From the sequence record OP617745.1: DNA of 64,000 nucleotides; one strand, 5' to 3'. The translations under genes and the position numbers were made by a program. The notes beneath the pieces are model-generated. The model saw only the letters and a program-made list of their open reading frames with translations. It did no database searches and had not been told where the DNA came from. Shown here piece after piece: positions 25,478 through 34,917 of this stretch. Within the stretch, counting starts at the first letter, position 1; each line of letters opens with the position of its first letter.

Positions 25478-26131
25478 ATGAGTTATTATTCTGATGATTA
25501 TGAACAAAATAAGAAGGCTAAATCAGAAATTTCTGATTTACTTACTGACTTGTATGATATTGGTTTTTATGATAAAAATGATATCCCACCACCGGTAAGC
25601 ACAGCACCTGATTATGGTTATGATTATATTACAGAAGGTGTACAAGGTACTTATTCACTGGATGAAAATGGTATTCCAGTTAATGTAGTACAACCCACTA
25701 TCCCAGAACAGTACTATACTGAACCTGTTATTCAAAAACCAAAAAATACTAAAAAATGGGATTTAGTTGAAGATCACTATCCAGGTACTAAAAGTACTAA
25801 AGTCTATAGTATTAAATGTAATTCAAATGACCAAATTATTATGAATAACATTTTAATGCACGAAGCCGCTTTAACTTTAGTAAATCTTTTAAATGAAGGT
25901 AGAATGTTAACTGATCCAAAAATTCTTGGTATAATCAGCAGTGGTATTCAATTTACTTCAGTTATGAATGAGGTCATAAAAGTATCAAAAGAACGTCTTG
26001 TAGTACTAAATGAAGCTCGTTATGATGATGCAAAAGAATTGGATGTAAAAATTGCCGAAAAGAAAAATGAAGCATATAAACTGAAAAAACGTGTACTGGA
26101 TTTTCTAAAAACTGAAGGCTACATTAAATAG
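25478..26131 (+). CDS. Hypothetical, probably head-associated protein
   Basis: 217 aa with ITEG, LNEG and LNEA motifs. Confidence 0.55.
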   Translation: MSYYSDDYEQNKKAKSEISDLLTDLYDIGFYDKNDIPPPVSTAPDYGYDYITEGVQGTYSLDENGIPVNVVQPTIPEQYYTEPVIQKPKNTKKWDLVEDHYPGTKSTKVYSIKCNSNDQIIMNNILMHEAALTLVNLLNEGRMLTDPKILGIISSGIQFTSVMNEVIKVSKERLVVLNEARYDDAKELDVKIAEKKNEAYKLKKRVLDFLKTEGYIK

Positions 26132-26148
26132 TACTTCAAGGGAATGAA

Positions 26149-27882
26149 ATGAAAAAATATCTGAAAAATTTAGATACAGAAACAGAAAATCTATTTAATG
26201 AAATTCGTTCATTACTAAGTAACAAAAATAGTAAATCATGGCATACCTCAATAAATGCTTCTGGAAGGGAGCATTTAAAAAACGCGGTACTCAGAGTCTA
26301 TCCAAGTAGTGATTTTTTATTATCAGAAGCATTAAAACTGATTATCAATCAAGAAGAACCACCGTATGCAGTATGTGGTAGAAAATGTAAGTATTTTAAT
26401 GGTCAGTATGATAGATATTGTTCATTGGGTGTCAAACCCAATAAAAACACTTATTGTGAGAAGTGCAATAAACACTGGCGAGAAAAGAAAAACAAATCCA
26501 CAAAAGAAAACTGTCTAAATCAGTACAATGTTGAACACCCTTTTCAGCGAAATGATGTGAAAACAAAAGTACATGAAACTAAAATACGAAAATACGGTAC
26601 TAATTATAATAAAATAATTTCAAACAAATCATTCAGTACTTATTATAATAAAACTGGATATTCATGTCCATTGAGTAATCCAGATATACAACAAAAAATT
26701 AAAGAAACTAATATTAAAAATTATGGATATGAAAATCCCGGTTCATCTCCATTAATTGTACAAAAAAGAAAAAATACCCAGAAGAAATTATATGGTCATG
26801 AACATTCTATGCAGAATGGTGATATAAAACTAAAGGTATTGATTAAATCTGCCACACAGAGAATGGATAGTATAAATTCAAAACTTGAATTTACTAATTT
26901 TATTCCTTTGTTTGATATTAGTGATTTAATTGGTTTGGATACATATAACAAAATGCCATACTGGTGTAATACACATGGTTTATTTTATTCATGTAGTAAT
27001 TATAAAATTATATGTAATGAATGCACTCCCGTTCATATAAGCACACAACACAAAGAGATATTAAATTTTATAGAAAATCTTGGTATTGAATGTGTAACGA
27101 ATACACGCTCTGTTTTAAAAAGTACTATGGAATTGGATATTTTTATACCTGACTTGAATGTTGCAATAGAAATTAATGGTATGTACTGGCATAGTACTGA
27201 ATACAAAGAACGACTGTATCATCAAAACAAAATGCTGGAATGTAAAGAACATGGCATTCACTTAATACAGATATGGGAAGATGAATGGAATACCAAACAA
27301 GATTTGGTTAAATTTCGTTTGATGAATGTATTAAAATGCTCCAGTACTATATATGCAAGAAAATGTAAAATAAAAGAAATCAATAAAAAAGAATGTGATA
27401 ATTTTATTAATACATACCATATCCAAGGTTCTAGTTCATCATCTATTAGAATTGGTTTATATTACGAAAATGAATTATATGCAGTTATGACATTTGGAAA
27501 ATCCAGATTTGATAAAACTGTTCAGTATGAATTGATACGATATTGTTCAAAAAGTACAGTCGTTGGTGGTGCATCTAAATTATTAAAGTACTTTGAGAAG
27601 AAATACAAACCAGTGTCGTTGATTTCTTATGCAGATGCGTGTTGGAGTACTGGTGATTTATATATTAAACTTGGTTTTACATATAATGGATTAACTGAAC
27701 CTGGTTATTTTTATTACAAATCAAGTACTGGTAGAATTTCAAGGCATCAATGTCAAAAGAAAAAACTAGTCAATCAGGGATATGATGAAAATTTATCAGA
27801 ATATCAAATATGTACCACTGTACTTAAATATAACAAAATATTTGATTGTGGTAATTTTAAATTCACTAAATATTACATATAA
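26149..27882 (+). CDS. Putative Hef/Vsr-like homing endonuclease with GNAT-like C-domain, copy 2
   Basis: Same architecture as copy 1: YGxENP repeats, ELDIFIPDLNVAIEINGMYWHS, FINTYHIQG...YELIRY...GGASKLL...SYAD. Confidence 0.75.
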   Translation: MKKYLKNLDTETENLFNEIRSLLSNKNSKSWHTSINASGREHLKNAVLRVYPSSDFLLSEALKLIINQEEPPYAVCGRKCKYFNGQYDRYCSLGVKPNKNTYCEKCNKHWREKKNKSTKENCLNQYNVEHPFQRNDVKTKVHETKIRKYGTNYNKIISNKSFSTYYNKTGYSCPLSNPDIQQKIKETNIKNYGYENPGSSPLIVQKRKNTQKKLYGHEHSMQNGDIKLKVLIKSATQRMDSINSKLEFTNFIPLFDISDLIGLDTYNKMPYWCNTHGLFYSCSNYKIICNECTPVHISTQHKEILNFIENLGIECVTNTRSVLKSTMELDIFIPDLNVAIEINGMYWHSTEYKERLYHQNKMLECKEHGIHLIQIWEDEWNTKQDLVKFRLMNVLKCSSTIYARKCKIKEINKKECDNFINTYHIQGSSSSSIRIGLYYENELYAVMTFGKSRFDKTVQYELIRYCSKSTVVGGASKLLKYFEKKYKPVSLISYADACWSTGDLYIKLGFTYNGLTEPGYFYYKSSTGRISRHQCQKKKLVNQGYDENLSEYQICTTVLKYNKIFDCGNFKFTKYYI

Positions 27883-27901
27883 CTTATAAGGAATATATAA
27901 A

Positions 27902-28525
27902 ATGTCTGACATTAAAAAAATCATGGAAGCTGAAAATCGTGTAGAAGCACTGAAGTTCATGCAGATTAATGAAAGTAATATTGAAAAACTGGAAGTGGTT
28001 CTCGCAATCAAATCTGGTATTGCCGATAAACTACAACGTGCTTCTGAGCAGTTGATGAACTACAGCGTTGACGTTCTCGGTCCAATTGTTGATCGTATTA
28101 AAGCAGAAGAAGGTATTGAAGTGGCCGAAGAATTTCAGTCCAGAGTTAAAAACATCCTTCAACATGCAGCAGATGTAGTTATGGATGCTAAAGACCAGAT
28201 CACTAACGAAACTCTTAAACTTACTGGTGATGTAGCTGATAATCCAGATGTGGCTGATATCGGTATTGATGATGATCTAACCGTTGATGAGGAAACCCCA
28301 ACTTTTGATATGGAATCTGATGCTTCCTTTGATGATATTGAAGAACCTGTACCGGAAGATCGTGCAATGAAAGAATCTGTACAATATACCCAAGTTGGTA
28401 TCAAAATGGAAAGTACTAAAGGTACTATTGGTACAAAATATTTCAGTACTCATAAAGAAGCTGAAAAATGGCTCAAAGAAAATGAATCTAAAGTCAAAAA
28501 AGTACTTGGGTTCGAGAAAAAATAA
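27902..28525 (+). CDS. Probable prohead core/scaffold-like protein
   Basis: Helical N-terminal part, acidic linker, and INES/MKES protease-site-like motifs. The function is inferred. Confidence 0.45.
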   Translation: MSDIKKIMEAENRVEALKFMQINESNIEKLEVVLAIKSGIADKLQRASEQLMNYSVDVLGPIVDRIKAEEGIEVAEEFQSRVKNILQHAADVVMDAKDQITNETLKLTGDVADNPDVADIGIDDDLTVDEETPTFDMESDASFDDIEEPVPEDRAMKESVQYTQVGIKMESTKGTIGTKYFSTHKEAEKWLKENESKVKKVLGFEKK

Positions 28526-28533
28526 GGTTAATT

Positions 28534-28884
28534 ATGAAATTTCGTGATATTGTAAAAATCACAGAAGATGCACCACCAAAAGATATTCGCAATATGATCA
28601 CCAGTATTGCATTATCACTAGTTGCATCTGGTAGGGAAGAGGTTGGTATTCAGTCATTGGTTAATGAAATTAAGAAAAGGACTGGTATTGATGTTCCTTA
28701 TAATGTGATGATGGATATTTTAAATTCGTTGCCATTTGTTCAGGATGCAAATTCTGATAGAGTACAATTTTCAGGAACTGATACCAGTACTGACTTTAAG
28801 CAACCTAATTCAGAAGAAAGTTCTGAACAAAAAGTACAAGATATGGCTGGTAAAGCAGCCACCGACAGTATGAAATCACTATAA
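28534..28884 (+). CDS. Hypothetical, probably head-associated protein
   Basis: 116 aa starting MKFRDIVKITED. Confidence 0.55.
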   Translation: MKFRDIVKITEDAPPKDIRNMITSIALSLVASGREEVGIQSLVNEIKKRTGIDVPYNVMMDILNSLPFVQDANSDRVQFSGTDTSTDFKQPNSEESSEQKVQDMAGKAATDSMKSL

Positions 28885-28890
28885 AATTTT

Positions 28891-28919
28891 TGAACAAAAA
28901 GACAAAAATAAGCTATAAT
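28891..28919 (+). promoter_or_regulatory. Promoter TGAACA-N17-TATAAT
   Basis: Recurrent motif upstream of the exonuclease gene. Confidence 0.65.
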
Positions 28920-28936
28920 TATGGAGTAACAAGGGA

Positions 28937-29644
28937 ATGTTTGTTCCACCTATTATTAGCAGATATTCTTATGTTGATTATAAAAGAATTGAAGGCGGCT
29001 CTCAGGGTCGCCTTTATTCTACCCCAACCGGAAATCTGCCATCGGTAACTACAATTCTAAGTGCCACATCCAATGATGAAGGATTGAAAAAATGGCGTGA
29101 ATTTGTGGGAGAAGAAAAAGCCAATGCTATCACACTGGAAGCAACGACAATTGGTACCTTTATGCATGAAAATTTAGAAAATAGATTAAATTCTAAGCCA
29201 GATCATGAAGGTGGTATGCCAGTACGTGTATTAGCAAGAAAAATGGCTGATAAAATTCAAGAAGAAGCGTGGCCTAAAATTAATGAAGTATGGGGTCAGG
29301 AAGTACCACTGTACTATGAAGGTCTATGGGCTGGAACAACAGATTTGGTTGGAATTCATGACGGAATTCCAACCATCATGGATTACAAAAATTCTAGAAA
29401 AAAGAAAACATGGAATCATATTGAAAATTACCGTTTACAAATTGCCGCATATGCGTTGGCTCATAACTATATGTATGGAACTGATATACGACGTGGTGTA
29501 ATATTTGTTTGTGTAAGAGAAGATCCTCAAAATTTACAATATCAGGAATTTATAATTGAAGGTGGTGATTTTGATGAAGCCGTACAAATGTGGATTTCTA
29601 GAGTAGAGCAATATTATATAATGAATGGGCAAATTATAAATTAA
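28937..29644 (+). CDS. PD-(D/E)XK exonuclease (RecB/Cas4-like fold)
   Basis: PSVTTIL, GTFMH, EVPLY, AGTTDL, IMDYK and LQIAAYA motifs. Confidence 0.85.
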   Translation: MFVPPIISRYSYVDYKRIEGGSQGRLYSTPTGNLPSVTTILSATSNDEGLKKWREFVGEEKANAITLEATTIGTFMHENLENRLNSKPDHEGGMPVRVLARKMADKIQEEAWPKINEVWGQEVPLYYEGLWAGTTDLVGIHDGIPTIMDYKNSRKKKTWNHIENYRLQIAAYALAHNYMYGTDIRRGVIFVCVREDPQNLQYQEFIIEGGDFDEAVQMWISRVEQYYIMNGQIIN

Positions 29645-29664
29645 ATTAGCAAACTGGAGTAACA

Positions 29665-30201
29665 ATGAAAGACAACGTATACATTTATATTATTAAAGTA
29701 CTGGAAGGTAAAGGTTACGATATCAATGAAGTAATCAAGAAAAGCGATAATGAAATCAAGTCTCTTCCTCTATCTCGTCAGATTATTGAGGGTATTATTT
29801 CTTATAAAGAAAAAGGTTCTCCTAAACTGGAAGAAATCGAAAAAGAAATCTTCGATAAGCGATATAACCCAGACGTGGAAGTAAAAACTTCAGATATTAT
29901 CGAATATGTAAAAAACACCGATGAACAAAATGAAGTCCTGGATAATATTAAACAAGAACAACTTGAAGAAATTCCCGATGATGTAATTGTAATTAAACAT
30001 ACTACTCCAAACAAAGAAGATTTGGATATCATCAAAGATGCCCTTCAACAAAAAGAACTCCGTACAATTGCAAAATATGTTAAACACCTGAAAGACACCG
30101 TTCCTTCTGCTATTATGTCTGCTGTTGATAGTGTGACTATTAATGAGCTAATTAATGCACGAATTGCAGAAGTAAAATCAGCAGAAGAAAAAACTAAATA
30201 A
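29665..30201 (+). CDS. Hypothetical protein
   Basis: 178-aa ORF with GGAG RBS. Confidence 0.7.
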   Translation: MKDNVYIYIIKVLEGKGYDINEVIKKSDNEIKSLPLSRQIIEGIISYKEKGSPKLEEIEKEIFDKRYNPDVEVKTSDIIEYVKNTDEQNEVLDNIKQEQLEEIPDDVIVIKHTTPNKEDLDIIKDALQQKELRTIAKYVKHLKDTVPSAIMSAVDSVTINELINARIAEVKSAEEKTK

Positions 30202-30232
30202 TCCTATAACGAACTTTGATTAAGGGTTTAAT

Positions 30233-30808
30233 ATGGCTCAACAACAAATCGCTTTACAACAAATCAGAACAGGTAAACAGCGTGATTTACCGGATGCGTT
30301 GGAAAAAGGACAACTAGGATTCAGTACTGACGTAGGTCGTATGTTCGTTGGTTTACCATCCTCATCTGATCCTGCAAGTTTAGTAGCAGGTCGTAATTGG
30401 GACAATGCACCAAATAGTGGGAAAGAAAATGTAGAAATTATTACGGAGTTTACACCATGGCAGGTTGTTTCTAATATTGTAAACCGACCGTATGTATTCT
30501 CTGTACCGAAGGGTGGTAGTACGCAAATTTCAATTCAAAGTGATAATAGAGTGTTTCTTGATTATATGGCATATAACGATACTTCCAGTATTCTGGAAAG
30601 TGGTAATGTACAAATGTTGTGTAATGATTCAAAAACACTACTGGCACAATTTAATAATACAACTCAAGAAGAAGGTATCATTTCATTGACTTTCTCGGAT
30701 GCAACATTCGATGAAAGTACTAAATTGATGGTATTCACTATCACTAATAATGACACGGAAAGTGATTATAGTATAGAATTCGTATATAGAGGCTGGGATA
30801 AACCGTAA
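30233..30808 (+). CDS. Structural protein with an Mtd_N-like N-terminal motif
   Basis: QIRTG...LEKGQLGFSTDVGRMFVG; TAAATA at 30195. Confidence 0.6.
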   Translation: MAQQQIALQQIRTGKQRDLPDALEKGQLGFSTDVGRMFVGLPSSSDPASLVAGRNWDNAPNSGKENVEIITEFTPWQVVSNIVNRPYVFSVPKGGSTQISIQSDNRVFLDYMAYNDTSSILESGNVQMLCNDSKTLLAQFNNTTQEEGIISLTFSDATFDESTKLMVFTITNNDTESDYSIEFVYRGWDKP

Positions 30809-30827
30809 AAAGGCTCCCAGCCTTTTT
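30807..30827 (+). terminator. Intrinsic terminator
   Basis: AAAAAGGCT-CCC-AGCCTTTTT. Confidence 0.6.
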
Positions 30828-30876
30828 ATCCCCTAAAATAATTAAAAACAATAAAAAACACTTAAAAGGATGTAAA

Positions 30877-31752
30877 ATGATTAACGTTATTAAACGTGAT
30901 GGATCAAAAGAACCACTTGACCTTGATAAAATTCACCAGATTTTATTTTTTGCATGTGAAGGTATTTCTGGTGTGTCTGTGTCTGAAATTGAAATTCGTG
31001 CTAAATTGCAATTTCATGAAGGAATTAAAACTTCTGTAATTCATGATATCCTGATTAAAAGTTCATCAGAGCTTATTTCTGAAGATACTCCAAATTATCA
31101 ATACGTAGCGGGTCGTCTTTTGAATTATAGTATTCGTAAAGAAGTTTATGGTCAGTATGAACCAATTCCTTACGGAGAATATGTAAATAACATGGTTCAA
31201 AAAGGTATATACGATCCTATCATTCTGGAAAAATATAATTCAGCAGAAATCGAAGAACTTGGGAAATACATTAAACACAAGCGTGATGATAAATTTACTT
31301 TTGTTGCGATGAGTCAATGGCAAGGTAAGTATCTGTGTAAAAACCGTGTAACTAAAGAAATTTATGAAACACCACAAATGGCTTATATGACTATCGCTGC
31401 TACGATTTTCTCTGAATATAGTACTGAAATTCGTTTGTCATATGTTAAGAAGTTCTATGATGCTATTAGTACTTTTGATATTAGTTTACCAACTCCGATT
31501 ATGTCCGGTCTTCGCACTAATACACGTCAGTTCTCAAGTTGTGTAGTACTGAATGTTGGCGATAGTCTTGATAGTATTGGTTCCAGTAATCATGCAATCT
31601 TGCGTTATATTTCACGTAAAGCAGGGCTTGGTGTTAATATGGGACGTATTCGTGCAATTGATTCTGCAATTCGTGATGGTGATGCAGTACATACTGGTGT
31701 AGTACCATTCTTATCTGCATTAGCAAAAACAGTTAAAAGCTGTTCACAGGGT
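30877..31752 (+). CDS. nrdA: Ribonucleotide reductase class Ia alpha subunit, exon 1 (ATP cone to SCSQG)
   Basis: VIKRDG ATP cone, PTPIMSG, FSSCV, GLGV and KSCSQG motifs; followed directly by an in-frame TAA that is the start of the intron. Confidence 0.95.
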
Positions 31753-32416
31753 TAATAACATAGCCGTCCATATTAGTAATAATATGGAGTATGATCTCTT
31801 TAATTGCTGGGAAATCCTAAAGCCTAAATATAACTTTAATGAAGTGATGAACAAGTTTAGGATGATACAATGGATAATCAGCAGGTAAGTTTTATGAATC
31901 TCTTATCTATACCAAAACATACAGAATATTATACTGATGGTAATGGAAATATCATCAGTACTAAAAGAAATAAAATAAAAACTTTGACTCCGCATTTACA
32001 TTATGGAAGAAGTAAAAATCCATATATGAGAGTAAAAGTTTCAGGGAAACTATATTTGGTGCATAGATTGGTAGCATCAATATTAGTTGGAAGAGAATTA
32101 TATGAAAATGAATATGTAAATCATATTGATGGAAATACGCAAAATAATTCATTATCTAACTTAGAAATAGTAACTCATATTGAAAATGTTCAACACGCCG
32201 TGGAAAATAAATTATATTGCCAAGGCAACGAATGGTATAAAGCACGAAATTTATAAAAAAACTTCAACGACTAGCTCATAGGAGCGTAGCATCAAGTGAT
32301 GCGAAATGGGAGACACCCTACAAATGAGGGTGAAGATATAGTCTAGACTGTATAGAAATATACAGAAGTTCATAAGAGAACTGGTGGTATCTAACGAATA
32401 CCATTGAATATAGTCG
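31753..32416 (+). mobile_element. Group I intron (IA2-like) in nrdA, 664 nt
   Basis: 5' splice site after U and a terminal G. P AATTGCTGGGAA (31802), Q AATCAGCAG (31876), R TTCAACGACTA (32263), S AAGATATAGTCT (32333). P2 with a GTAA loop, P7.1/P7.2, P8 and P9 with a GAAA loop. Splicing gives SCSQG/GVRGGAAT. Confidence 0.93.
31894..32256 (+). CDS. Intron-encoded HNH homing endonuclease
   Basis: VHRLVA...VNHIDGNTQNNSLSNLEIVTHIENVQHA. It lies between the Q and R elements (P6 loop). The start is 31870 or 31894. Confidence 0.85.
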   Translation: MNLLSIPKHTEYYTDGNGNIISTKRNKIKTLTPHLHYGRSKNPYMRVKVSGKLYLVHRLVASILVGRELYENEYVNHIDGNTQNNSLSNLEIVTHIENVQHAVENKLYCQGNEWYKARNL

Positions 32417-33163
32417 GGTGTAAGAGGCGGTGCAGCAACCGCGTATTTCCCAATGTGGCATTTGGAATTTGAAAATATTGTAGTACTGAAAAATAATAAA
32501 GGAACTGAATTTAACCGAGTAAGACAACTGGACTATTGCTTCCAAATCAATAAGACATTATATCAACGATTGATTGATGGAAAAGACATTACATTCTTTA
32601 GCCCACATGATGTTCCTGATCTATATGATGCATTTTGTGCTAATCAAGAAGAATTTGAACGTCTGTATATTAAGTATGAACTCGATGAAACTATTCGTAG
32701 GAAAACTATGCCAGCGATTGAAGCATTTAGTCATCTAATACAAGAGCGTGCAGAAACTGGCCGCATTTATATTCAGAATATTGATAATGCCAATGAGCAT
32801 GGTTCATTTATTCCAGAAATTGCACCAATTGAGCAAAGTAATCTTTGTTGTGTAACTGGTGAAACATTGGTTACTGTATTACTTGATAATAATCAAATGC
32901 AATTACCGATTATTGAAATATTGGATTTGATTGAATCTGGTAAAAATATAAAAGCAATGTCATACAACACAGAAACTGATACATACTCATTTGAAAAAAT
33001 CACGAATGCAATTAAAACAAAATCAGTAACTGAATATTATGAAATTGAAGATGAAAAAGGTAATATTCTTCGTTGTACTGAAGATCATTTGATTTATACA
33101 AAAAATCGTGGATATGTACGTGCTGACGAATTACAAGAAGATGATGAAATAATTTCATTGTAA
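32417..33163 (+). CDS. nrdA: nrdA exon 2 plus the N-half of split intein 1 (end of polypeptide 1)
   Basis: GVRGGAAT, PMWHLE, GRIYIQN and QSNLC, then the intein N-half and a stop codon. Confidence 0.93.
   Translation, partial: GVRGGAATAYFPMWHLEFENIVVLKNNKGTEFNRVRQLDYCFQINKTLYQRLIDGKDITFFSPHDVPDLYDAFCANQEEFERLYIKYELDETIRRKTMPAIEAFSHLIQERAETGRIYIQNIDNANEHGSFIPEIAPIEQSNLCCVTGETLVTVLLDNNQMQLPIIEILDLIESGKNIKAMSYNTETDTYSFEKITNAIKTKSVTEYYEIEDEKGNILRCTEDHLIYTKNRGYVRADELQEDDEIISL
32849..33160 (+). mobile_element. Split intein 1, N-half (104 aa)
   Basis: Block A CVTGETLV and block B LRCTEDHLIYT, then GYVRADELQEDD and a stop; no C-terminal HN in this frame. Confidence 0.9.
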
Positions 33164-33168
33164 TCATA

Positions 33169-33209
33169 GGTAGTGTGATTTCTAATAAATAACATGAAAT
33201 CACACTACC
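33169..33209 (+). promoter_or_regulatory. 14-bp hairpin with TAAATA in the loop, upstream of the GIY-YIG gene
   Basis: GGTAGTGTGATTTC-TAATAAATAACAT-GAAATCACACTACC. Confidence 0.7.
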
Positions 33210-33224
33210 ATTGAGACAACAATA

Positions 33225-33938
33225 ATGAAACAATACGAAGTATATTGTCATACTAATACATTAAACAATAAATCATATATTGGTTATACATCACAGAGTA
33301 CGTTGACGCGTCTACAAAAGCATATTTTAAATGCTAATTATGGCATACAAAGTCATTTTTACCGTGCAATAAGAAAATATGGCATTGAAGTATTCAGTAC
33401 TAAAATATTGTTTAAAACAGATATTTTAGAAGAAGCACTTGAAATGGAAAAATATTATATTAAAGAATATGATTCTATTGTAAATGGATATAATATGACT
33501 TCTGGTGGAACTGGTGGAAATACCCAAATAGGTTTTGATGATGAAAAAATGGAACAATATTTAAATGATTTGTCAAACAGAACTTCATCAGAAAAGAATC
33601 CAAATCATTCAGGTAAAACAGATGATGAAATTGTTGATTTTTATTATAATTTATATATGGAAAATATGAACTGGCTTAGTAGACCTTTTATGCTTAAAGC
33701 AAAAGAAAATGGAATACCACAATCATTTTCTAAATGTAGATTTAATGGTTTAGGGTGGACTGAATTACGAAAACGAATTTTGGAAAAAGTTCAAATAACT
33801 AATCCAGAAATTAAAGAAATAAAATATATTAGAACGAAAGAACATATTGAAAAATTATCAGGTACTCAATTTAAAAAAGGAATTAAGTGGAATGAGCAAC
33901 CTCAAAATAAGAAAAGTAAAGGTGGAAACACCAATTGA
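33225..33938 (+). CDS. Free-standing GIY-YIG homing endonuclease inside split intein 1
   Basis: EVYCHTN...YIGYT...RLQKH...EKYYI...GYNMTSGG. Confidence 0.9.
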   Translation: MKQYEVYCHTNTLNNKSYIGYTSQSTLTRLQKHILNANYGIQSHFYRAIRKYGIEVFSTKILFKTDILEEALEMEKYYIKEYDSIVNGYNMTSGGTGGNTQIGFDDEKMEQYLNDLSNRTSSEKNPNHSGKTDDEIVDFYYNLYMENMNWLSRPFMLKAKENGIPQSFSKCRFNGLGWTELRKRILEKVQITNPEIKEIKYIRTKEHIEKLSGTQFKKGIKWNEQPQNKKSKGGNTN

Positions 33939-34002
33939 TGTTTATGATATCACGGTAGAAAATAATCATAATTTCTTCGCAGATGAAATTTTAGTTCATA
34001 AC
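33892..34002 (+). mobile_element. Split intein 1, C-half (37 aa)
   Basis: Block F VYDITVENNHNFFA and block G ILVHN, with Cys at +1. Confidence 0.92.
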
Positions 34003-34917
34003 TGTGAGATTGACTTACCAAGTTCTCCATTTGAAGATATTAATAATGGTGATGGTCTTATTAGTCTATGTACTTTGAGTGCTATTAACTGGGGTAATTT
34101 TGACAAACCCGAAGATATGGAAGAAGCGTGTGATTTGGCCGTTCGTGCATTAGATGCTATTCTTGATTATCAGGATTATCCAGTTGTTCACGCAGAACGA
34201 GCTACAAAGCTCTATAGGCCGCTTGGTGTTGGTATCATGAGTTTGGCTTACTTCCTTGCTAAACGTGGTTTAAAATACGATACAAACGCATTGAGCACTA
34301 TTAACGAATGGTCAGAAGCGTGGTCTTATTATTTGATTAAAGCATCGGTGAATCTTGCCAAAGAAAAAGGACGCTGTGATGGATTTAATAATACCAAGTA
34401 CTCACAAGGTTTATTCCCTCATGATACTTATAAATCAGATTCATATATTAATGAAGTTGCCCCGTATGAACTAAAACAAGATTGGGATGCACTACGTGAA
34501 GAAATGGTGGAGCATGGTATTCGAAATGCAACTCTACATGCTATTATGCCAGGCGAATGCCAATCGTGGGACAATAAACTAAACACAGTAGAATATGGAA
34601 ATATTGATTTTCATGAATTATGCGAAAAATATGGAATTAATTATGAAGATGTAGAACGTAATGGTATTCCAGATTCATATAATTTAGCACAACCATTAAA
34701 GATTAATACTGCTAATGGTGAAAAAGAAGCGACTCGACTTTATTATAATGGAAACTATGAAATTTATAAATTAACTTTTGATGATGGTAATGAATATTCA
34801 TTTACTGGTAATCATCAACTAAAAGTTATTGAAGATGGTGTTGAATTCTGGTGCAGAGTTGATATGTTAACAGAAAATATGGAAGTTGTTAATATAAATG
34901 AAAAGAATAAAGGATGA
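33892..34917 (+). CDS. nrdA: nrdA polypeptide 2: IntC1 - NrdA middle (185 aa) - IntN2
   Basis: MSNLKIRK...VYDITV...LVHN/CEIDLP, SLCTLSAINWG, RPLGVG, NATLHAIMPGE/CQSWD. The ATG at 33892 follows an AAGGA/GTGGA RBS. Confidence 0.92.
   Translation: MSNLKIRKVKVETPIDVYDITVENNHNFFADEILVHNCEIDLPSSPFEDINNGDGLISLCTLSAINWGNFDKPEDMEEACDLAVRALDAILDYQDYPVVHAERATKLYRPLGVGIMSLAYFLAKRGLKYDTNALSTINEWSEAWSYYLIKASVNLAKEKGRCDGFNNTKYSQGLFPHDTYKSDSYINEVAPYELKQDWDALREEMVEHGIRNATLHAIMPGECQSWDNKLNTVEYGNIDFHELCEKYGINYEDVERNGIPDSYNLAQPLKINTANGEKEATRLYYNGNYEIYKLTFDDGNEYSFTGNHQLKVIEDGVEFWCRVDMLTENMEVVNINEKNKG
34558..34914 (+). mobile_element. Split intein 2, N-half (119 aa)
   Basis: Begins CQSWDNKL after MPGE; block B SFTGNHQLKV, then WCRVDML and a stop. 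Confidence 0.88.

Noticed and set aside
28937-29644. Cas4-like nuclease as a sign of a CRISPR system
   Set aside because: No array or other cas genes; such exonucleases are common in phage replication regions.
33847-33891. Upstream TTG start for nrdA piece 2
   Set aside because: The ATG at 33892 has an RBS and gives a typical 37-aa IntC; the extension lies within the GIY-YIG coding frame.
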